The position numbers and the translations under genes were made by a program. Of a DNA stretch of 46,915 bases, positions 42,618 to 46,915 are shown piece after piece. The stretch spans positions 1-46,915 of the IMG/VR virus record IMGVR_UViG_3300048913_000051. One strand, written 5' to 3'. The stretch comes from a virus. The notes below the pieces were generated by a model that saw nothing but the letters and a program-made list of their open reading frames with translations, made no database searches and had not been told where the DNA came from. Position 1 is the first letter of the stretch, and every line of letters starts with the position of its first letter.

Positions 42618-43275
42618 GCGGCCTTACCTCGTCTTCCCATCGTTCTGCGTTAAGCCATGTTGCGGCGTTTGGTATGAACTGGCCGTCGTCCCTGACCCAC
42701 CCCTGACTGACCCTGTGATTGGCGAGCCCCTGCATGATCTCGGGGTGCTTATAAGGTTCTATTTTTGACCAGGCCTTGATAGCGTCTTTTTTGCTGACCT
42801 TTTTCGGGTAGAGCTTCCAAAACGAATCGAACGACTCATCCGCTACAGCCTTGGCTGAGCGAGAAGGTTTTTTAATTGGTTCTTGGTTAGTGGTTAGTGG
42901 TTCTTGGTTAAGGTTCTGTTTAGGTTCTCCGTGGGAACCATCTGGGTTTTCTTTGGGTTTAACAGGCCTCCCGCCACGCTTCCCGTTCTCTCTGTTTGCG
43001 ACTGCTTTTGAGTGGTATTTCTCAATCTCATCATCGCAGCGCTTGTGGTGATAGCCGTCCTCTTCAAGACTAAAAAACTCACCCAAAATCACCGAAGTGG
43101 CTTCTTCGTGGCCACCCAATCGCAACCTACGAATAACCGACTTGGTTTCAGTTGGGATGGGCAATTCGCTCTCGTAGTAGTGATCAAGAAGCCGGCGATA
43201 AACCCCTTCTTCCTCTACTGATAGATGGGAGGTATCCCTTGACCAGTCCTTAATGTTGAACTTGTAGTAGTGCAT
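42367..43275 (-). CDS. DUF1376 (YdaU)-type replication initiator
   Basis: N-terminus MHYYKFNIKDWSRDTSHLSVEEEGVYRRLLDHYY. Iterons lie in the linker region. Confidence 0.85.
   Translation of the reverse strand: MHYYKFNIKDWSRDTSHLSVEEEGVYRRLLDHYYESELPIPTETKSVIRRLRLGGHEEATSVILGEFFSLEEDGYHHKRCDDEIEKYHSKAVANRENGKRGGRPVKPKENPDGSHGEPKQNLNQEPLTTNQEPIKKPSRSAKAVADESFDSFWKLYPKKVSKKDAIKAWSKIEPYKHPEIMQGLANHRVSQGWVRDDGQFIPNAATWLNAERWEDEVRPHVAGQPNAGAGSTGKPSLSEQVRQRNAERQAERDREAGQGSQGSAELFASGVDDYGRDFEGEFSRINDLDGKIVVADDRPVWP
42876..42930. repeat. Iteron-like direct repeats (GGTTCTTGGTTA x2, GGTTCT x4) next to an AT-rich patch; candidate ori
   Basis: GGTTCT at 42878, 42899, 42912 and 42923. The first pair is 21 bp apart. 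GGTTTTTTAATTGG lies adjacent. Confidence 0.5.
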
Positions 43276-43284
43276 GGCATGGCC

Positions 43285-43485
43285 TCAATCTTCGCCGAGG
43301 GCGACGAACTCGCTGACCTTCATGCCGAAGGCGTCTGCGATCTTCTGAAGAGTCGCCCCGGTGCACGAAGACTGCGAAGCTAGCTGGCTCATGCTGGTCT
43401 CGCGCATCCCAAGCTGAGCGGCCAGGGCCTTCTGTGTCATGTCGCGTTGAATCAGTGCGAGCTTCAGGCTTTTACGGAAATTCAT
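43285..43485 (-). CDS. XRE-family HTH regulator (66 aa)
   Basis: ATG at 43485 behind AGGAGGGGAG. DMTQKALAAQLGMRETSMSQLA helix-turn-helix. Confidence 0.8.
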   Translation of the reverse strand: MNFRKSLKLALIQRDMTQKALAAQLGMRETSMSQLASQSSCTGATLQKIADAFGMKVSEFVALGED

Positions 43486-43520
43486 CTCCCCTCCTAGGGT
43501 GGTGGTCAATCTCAATGCCG

Positions 43521-43549
43521 ACTATAAATGGTACCGATCTAACTTGCAA
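43521..43549 (-). promoter_or_regulatory. Sigma70-type promoter TTGCAA-17-TATAGT for the XRE/replication operon
   Basis: Hexamers read on the minus strand: -35 at 43544-43549, -10 at 43521-43526. Confidence 0.55.
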
Positions 43550-43580
43550 TGGTACCGATAGTAAATTGCATGGTACCGAT
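43528..43580. promoter_or_regulatory. Three identical 11-bp operator-like repeats ATGGTACCGAT phased exactly 21 bp
   Basis: Copies at 43528, 43549 and 43570. GGTACC palindromic core. Copy 1 sits in the promoter spacer and copy 2 abuts the -35. Confidence 0.7.
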
Positions 43581-43602
43581 GCGTTTAAGTGGCGGCGAGC
43601 AG

Positions 43603-43648
43603 GCAAAAGAAAAGGCGCCGAGCATCCGCTATGCGGGCAGGGCGCCTT
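43603..43648 (-). terminator. Rho-independent terminator after the large MTase gene
   Basis: AAGGCGCC / GGCGCCTT 8-bp stem with a 21-nt loop. The minus-strand tail is TTTTCTTTTG. Confidence 0.65.
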
Positions 43649-43664
43649 GGGGGTTTCCGCTGCG

Positions 43665-45092
43665 TCAGTCGTTTAAGCCAAGATGGTCAATAATTCGAAT
43701 CGCAACCCATCGAGCAACTGGGACCGCCCACGAATTACCGATCGCCCTATAACGTGGCCCGTCCGGGCATTCGATGGCGGCCTTGTTGCGCCAAGGGATC
43801 TGCGTGTAGTCGTCGGGGAATCCCTGAAGGCGCTCGCACTCGGTTGGAGTCAAGCGGCGCACTGCCGACCCGAGTTGAACGGCCTGCACCTCGGCGCGTG
43901 CTTCCAGCGTGTAGGCGTGATCGGCCTGTACGCCGACGCCATCCGGTCCGCTCGCTGGATTTGTTCTAAGTGCGCCCGCTTGGATTGCGTGGGTCACAAT
44001 CGGCTGGCCTCTCCCGGTGCCGTCTTCACTACCGTCGAATCCCTCAGCCTTCAGCGTGTGTGTGATGTCGCCCGTGACGCACACAGCAAGCTGTCCGCCT
44101 GCGTTCGCGTGGCTGCTTTTGTGGCCCATGGCGCGAAGTGTTGGTGCGATAGGCCCAACATCGGCGCCGTGGTCCTTGCAGGAGAAGGCCAGCACTGCGT
44201 TCTCTTGTCCGTTGTTTCTTCCAAGAGCGAAGGCAACGGTCTTGCTTGTTCCATGGTCTTGCGTGCCATGAACAACCAGAAGACCGGATTCGGCGTCCTG
44301 CTGAGTCGCGCTGCCAGCGGCCTTGCCGTTGGCATTTAGCATTCCGGCAATCAGGTGTCCTGCTTGGGCCTGGTTGTCGTCTGCGCCGCATGTTCCAACG
44401 CCGTTTGCAGGGAGTGCGGCAACTGCCTTGATCTCGCCTCGGCGCGGCGCAGAATCCCTGCGCACGCCATCGCGCTCAAAAAGTACCGATGCGGGATCGA
44501 ACCCTTCTCGAGCACTTGCCACAACGAACACACGGCGGCGGCGTTGGGCCAGGCCGAAATATTGGGCGTCCAAGACCCGCCACGCGATTGTTCTTTTGGG
44601 TCCATACACACAACCAGCGTCCTGCCATTTTTTCCCTGAAGGCTGCAATTCGCAGTCTTCCCCAGCAAGCGCCCCAAGAAAGCATCCGAAGGCGTTGTCT
44701 TTATCGGAGAGGACACCAGGGACATTTTCCCAAATGACGATGCTAGGGGCTTCGTTTCGTTTTTCTCGAACATAGTCAATTGCATCAGCGAGCCCCACAA
44801 ATTTAATAGTCAATTCGCCACGAGGATCGCTAAGACCTCCACGCATCCCTGCAACACTAAATGCCTGGCATGGCGTGCCGCCTGTAAGCACGTCAGGCGC
44901 CGAAACGTCCCCAGAAAGCACGGATCGCGCAATGGCCGTCATATCTCCAAGGTTGGGAGTTTTAGGGTAATGATGGGCAAGCACAGCGCTTGGAAACGGC
45001 TCGATCTCGGCAAGCCAATCAGCTTTCCAGCCTAGCGGCTCCCAGGCCACGCTAGCCGCTTCGATCCCGCTACATACAGAACCGAACCTCAT
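43665..45092 (-). CDS. DNA (cytosine-5) methyltransferase (475 aa)
   Basis: Motif I FGSVCSGIE, IV GGTPCQAFS, VI VIWENVPGV, VIII QRRRRVFVV, IX RRLTPTECERLQGFPDDYT, X IGNSWAVPV. Confidence 0.9.
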   Translation of the reverse strand: MRFGSVCSGIEAASVAWEPLGWKADWLAEIEPFPSAVLAHHYPKTPNLGDMTAIARSVLSGDVSAPDVLTGGTPCQAFSVAGMRGGLSDPRGELTIKFVGLADAIDYVREKRNEAPSIVIWENVPGVLSDKDNAFGCFLGALAGEDCELQPSGKKWQDAGCVYGPKRTIAWRVLDAQYFGLAQRRRRVFVVASAREGFDPASVLFERDGVRRDSAPRRGEIKAVAALPANGVGTCGADDNQAQAGHLIAGMLNANGKAAGSATQQDAESGLLVVHGTQDHGTSKTVAFALGRNNGQENAVLAFSCKDHGADVGPIAPTLRAMGHKSSHANAGGQLAVCVTGDITHTLKAEGFDGSEDGTGRGQPIVTHAIQAGALRTNPASGPDGVGVQADHAYTLEARAEVQAVQLGSAVRRLTPTECERLQGFPDDYTQIPWRNKAAIECPDGPRYRAIGNSWAVPVARWVAIRIIDHLGLND

Positions 45093-45162
45093 GCGGCCAC
45101 CATGTTTTTCGTGCGCGCCACAGAATCACCGTCCGCATTTCGTGGCGCGAGATTTGGCGCGG

Positions 45163-45492
45163 TCATTGGGATAGGCCTCGGGCGCGGGAGATGGCGGCGC
45201 GAGCAGGTTCGAAAAATTCAGGTGTTAGCTGGATCGTTACATATTGCTCATCGCCGGAGTTATCGACGATACGCATCAAGTCTTCCAGCGCCGATAGAAG
45301 GGCGTGACTTGAAGCTGCAAGAGTTGTATTGGCTTCTGCCTCTGCAAGCCGAGCCGGATCACCAGAGCATAGAGTTGAAACCCCTCGGAAATTTATATCC
45401 TTGCCCTCCCCATCAACCACATGCCCATACTTGTCGCGGAACCAAGGCCCGGCAGTCGGCTTGCCACTTTCGTTTTCATTGCTCATAATCAT
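45163..45492 (-). CDS. Hypothetical protein (109 aa) with GPW and EANxxLAA motifs
   Basis: GAGGAAG SD. ORF track. Confidence 0.7.
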   Translation of the reverse strand: MIMSNENESGKPTAGPWFRDKYGHVVDGEGKDINFRGVSTLCSGDPARLAEAEANTTLAASSHALLSALEDLMRIVDNSGDEQYVTIQLTPEFFEPARAAISRARGLSQ

Positions 45493-45513
45493 GCTTCCTC
45501 AGTTAGTCCCTTC

Positions 45514-45544
45514 AAGCCACCCATCCCCCAGGCGGCTTTTTTTT
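45514..45544 (+). terminator. Hairpin plus T8 oriented for plus-strand (antisense) transcription
   Basis: AAGCCACC-9 nt-GGCGGCTT then TTTTTTTT on the plus strand. On the minus strand the A8 precedes the hairpin. Confidence 0.35.
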
Positions 45545-45564
45545 GAGTGGAATTCAGGGTCTTT

Positions 45565-45738
45565 TCAGGCCCTGAGCCTTTCCGGTAGGCGAAACAGCAG
45601 CCCCTCGGATTGTTGCGACAGTGCGTCGGCTACCTTCGGGCTAGCCCGTCGTGCAGCCTCTTGGATCATTCCCTTCAGTGATTCCGGGACTTCGCCCGCT
45701 TCATGCGGCTTGCGCCCCGTTACGGCATTGTTAGCCAT
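45565..45738 (-). CDS. Small hypothetical protein (57 aa), below the ORF-track cutoff
   Basis: Hand translation MANNAVTGRKPHEAGEVPESLKGMIQEAARRASPKVADALSQQSEGLLFRLPERLRA. GGAG lies 8 nt upstream. Confidence 0.45.
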   Translation of the reverse strand: MANNAVTGRKPHEAGEVPESLKGMIQEAARRASPKVADALSQQSEGLLFRLPERLRA

Positions 45739-45753
45739 GCCACCATCTCCTAT

Positions 45754-46038
45754 TTAGGCCCTTAGGCGTTCTTTGTCGTCGAGCATTGCCTTCAGTTCAA
45801 GCGCGCCCTGTGCCACCAGTTGCTGGATCAGCGCGGCCTTCGAGCATTTCAGTTTCTTCGCCAGAGCGTTGACGTTCTTGTCGCCCATCAGCTCCACCCC
45901 CATCTCGACCAATTCTCGCCCCAACACAGCCGGCTGGAGGCCGAGCGATGCCGCGACCTGACATAGCCGCTCGTCGTGGTACGGATCAAAGCGCAGCGTT
46001 CTTTCTCTCAGCTTGCGGTGTTTCGGGTTGTCGTACAT
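45754..46038 (-). CDS. Hypothetical protein (94 aa), possible DNA-binding
   Basis: ORF track. Second gene of the leftward early operon. Confidence 0.7.
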   Translation of the reverse strand: MYDNPKHRKLRERTLRFDPYHDERLCQVAASLGLQPAVLGRELVEMGVELMGDKNVNALAKKLKCSKAALIQQLVAQGALELKAMLDDKERLRA

Positions 46039-46056
46039 GGTTCGTTCCTCGGTTGT

Positions 46057-46275
46057 CTATGCGGCCTTTCGCGCTTTGCGATTGGCCTTCTTGGTTGCTT
46101 TCGCCGCCTCATCTGCGCGGCGCTTGGTTTCGGCCTCCATGGCCAGGCGGACATGCCCCTGGCGCGGCCCTGGAACTACGTCGCCCCACTGACTTACCGC
46201 AGCCTCGCTGATCCCCAGCGCGATTGCCGTCTGCTTCTGGTTGCCGAAAAAGGCGATTACGTCTGCTTTGTTCAT
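46057..46275 (-). CDS. Cro/YdaS-like HTH protein (72 aa)
   Basis: TAAGGAG SD. FGNQKQTAIALGISEAAVSQW HTH plus a basic tail. Confidence 0.8.
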   Translation of the reverse strand: MNKADVIAFFGNQKQTAIALGISEAAVSQWGDVVPGPRQGHVRLAMEAETKRRADEAAKATKKANRKARKAA

Positions 46276-46302
46276 CTCGACTGCTCCTTAGGTATAGTCG
46301 GC

Positions 46303-46331
46303 ATTGTGCGTTAGTAAATTTATTTTTGCAA
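46303..46331 (-). promoter_or_regulatory. Candidate leftward early promoter TTGCAA-17-CACAAT
   Basis: Hexamers read on the minus strand. TAAATTTA palindrome in the spacer. Confidence 0.4.
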
Positions 46332-46335
46332 AGGG

Positions 46336-46364
46336 TTGACGAAAGATTAAAGCTTAAGTAGATT
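46336..46364 (+). promoter_or_regulatory. Candidate rightward early promoter TTGACG-17-TAGATT
   Basis: Hexamers read directly. Back to back (5 bp) with the leftward -35. Confidence 0.5.
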
Positions 46365-46421
46365 TAGATCCATCGAAGCGCAGGACCTTAAGAGAACCTG
46401 CAAACAACGGAGCAAGGCGAG

Positions 46422-46568
46422 ATGGCTTATAAGATTCTTCCAGCCGAAAGGGGATGCAACACAGCGCGAATGGTACGGGTGGTTGACGGCACTCAATTGG
46501 TCGCGATGTTTCTTTCTTATAGTGACGCAGCTGCTTACATCGAAAGCAAACAGAAGCGCAGCAAGTAA
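46422..46568 (+). CDS. Small hypothetical protein (48 aa), first gene of the rightward operon
   Basis: Hand translation MAYKILPAERGCNTARMVRVVDGTQLVAMFLSYSDAAAYIESKQKRSK. GGAG/AAGG upstream. Confidence 0.45.
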   Translation: MAYKILPAERGCNTARMVRVVDGTQLVAMFLSYSDAAAYIESKQKRSK

Positions 46569-46647
46569 TCCGCTCCACCAACCTCAAGCCCCTTAATTGG
46601 GGCTTCGGCAGTACTACAGGAAGCAACACACCCAAGGAGTCACCGCA

Positions 46648-46818
46648 ATGTTCACTTTCATTGCCAGAGTCATCTTCTACGCCTTAATCCTGCGGGATCC
46701 AAAGCCCGCTAAATTCGTGCCGGTTCGCCACAAGATATGGGCTGACGACGGATCACCCATCAATCCGATAGCCGATGAAGACAATCGGCTGTGCGAAGAA
46801 GCTGGACGCTCGATCTAG
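46648..46818 (+). CDS. Small membrane protein (56 aa)
   Basis: ATG at 46648 behind AAGGAG. N-terminal TM MFTFIARVIFYALIL. Confidence 0.6.
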   Translation: MFTFIARVIFYALILRDPKPAKFVPVRHKIWADDGSPINPIADEDNRLCEEAGRSI

Positions 46819-46915
46819 CCCCAACTGAGGATTTCAGAATGATCGGAGTTTATATCGGTGACAGACAGCTTGAGCCGGACGATGAACACGAGTGCCCGTA
46901 CTGCTTAGTGATCTT
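46789..46915. repeat. Terminal direct repeat copy 2 (identical to 1-127)
   Basis: Read directly. Confidence 0.95.

Noticed and set aside
43528-43580. Regularly spaced repeats, considered as a mini CRISPR array.
   Set aside because: There are only three copies of an 11-bp unit with 10-bp spacers, sitting on a promoter. That fits operators, not CRISPR repeats.
44351-44800. 149-aa same-strand off-frame ORF inside the large C5-MTase, considered as a second dual-coding case.
   Set aside because: It covers only about a third of the gene. I found no start-codon or SD context for it. It is flanked by stops in that frame and has no recognisable motif block, unlike the co-extensive pair at 40985-41782.
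35100-46275. Search for a lysogeny module (integrase, excisionase, CI-type repressor) in the lambdoid-looking early arm.
   Set aside because: I could not recognise one. The two small HTH proteins look Cro/XRE-like. I therefore do not call the phage temperate, but absence judged by eye is weak evidence.
46354-46635. 93-aa minus-strand ORF in the divergent promoter region.
   Set aside because: It spans both candidate promoters and the better-supported plus-strand small ORFs. It has no RBS and an odd composition.

Overview
The window is a complete, circularly closed tailed-phage genome. Bases 1-127 are identical to 46789-46915, so the unique length is about 46,788 bp and the repeat looks like a circular-assembly overlap. 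Three transcription blocks are visible. (1) A minus-strand early/middle arm (46275 down to about 35100) carries a Cro-like HTH, a large C5 cytosine methyltransferase, an XRE regulator behind three phased operators, a DUF1376-type initiator with iterons, a lambda-P-like loader, a short C5-MTase, small paralogous W-rich proteins, a nin-like region (DUF1367, NinG) and two low-GC selfish-looking genes (HNH-AP2, T5orf172-like). (2) A tRNA array (about 34260-35052) and a secreted-protein moron are followed by a minus-strand late arm (33593 down to 7152). The late arm carries membrane/holin candidates, terminase, portal, head genes, contractile tail (sheath, tube, frameshifted chaperone, tape measure), baseplate, tail fibre, GH19 endolysin with embedded spanins, and an SGNH-esterase tailspike. 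(3) A divergent plus-strand early operon (46336, wrapping through 1, to 7084) carries a Rad52/Sak-like annealase, a Gp157-like protein and many small orphan and zinc-finger-like proteins. I could not recognise an integrase or a CI-type repressor. The most unusual signal is at the short C5-MTase locus (40985-41782). Two ATGs 4 nt apart behind one Shine-Dalgarno open two co-extensive ORFs of about 260 codons in +1 register, and each frame carries recognisable methyltransferase-type motifs, so this is a candidate dual-coding (overprinted) gene. Other points worth a second look: a tRNA array in which only one member folds canonically, a 300-nt hairpin-rich spacer beside it, three strong intrinsic terminators that abut the next gene's RBS with no recognisable antiterminator, and an orphan 396-aa protein heading the recombination module. 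All family assignments are motif recognition by eye; no searches were run.
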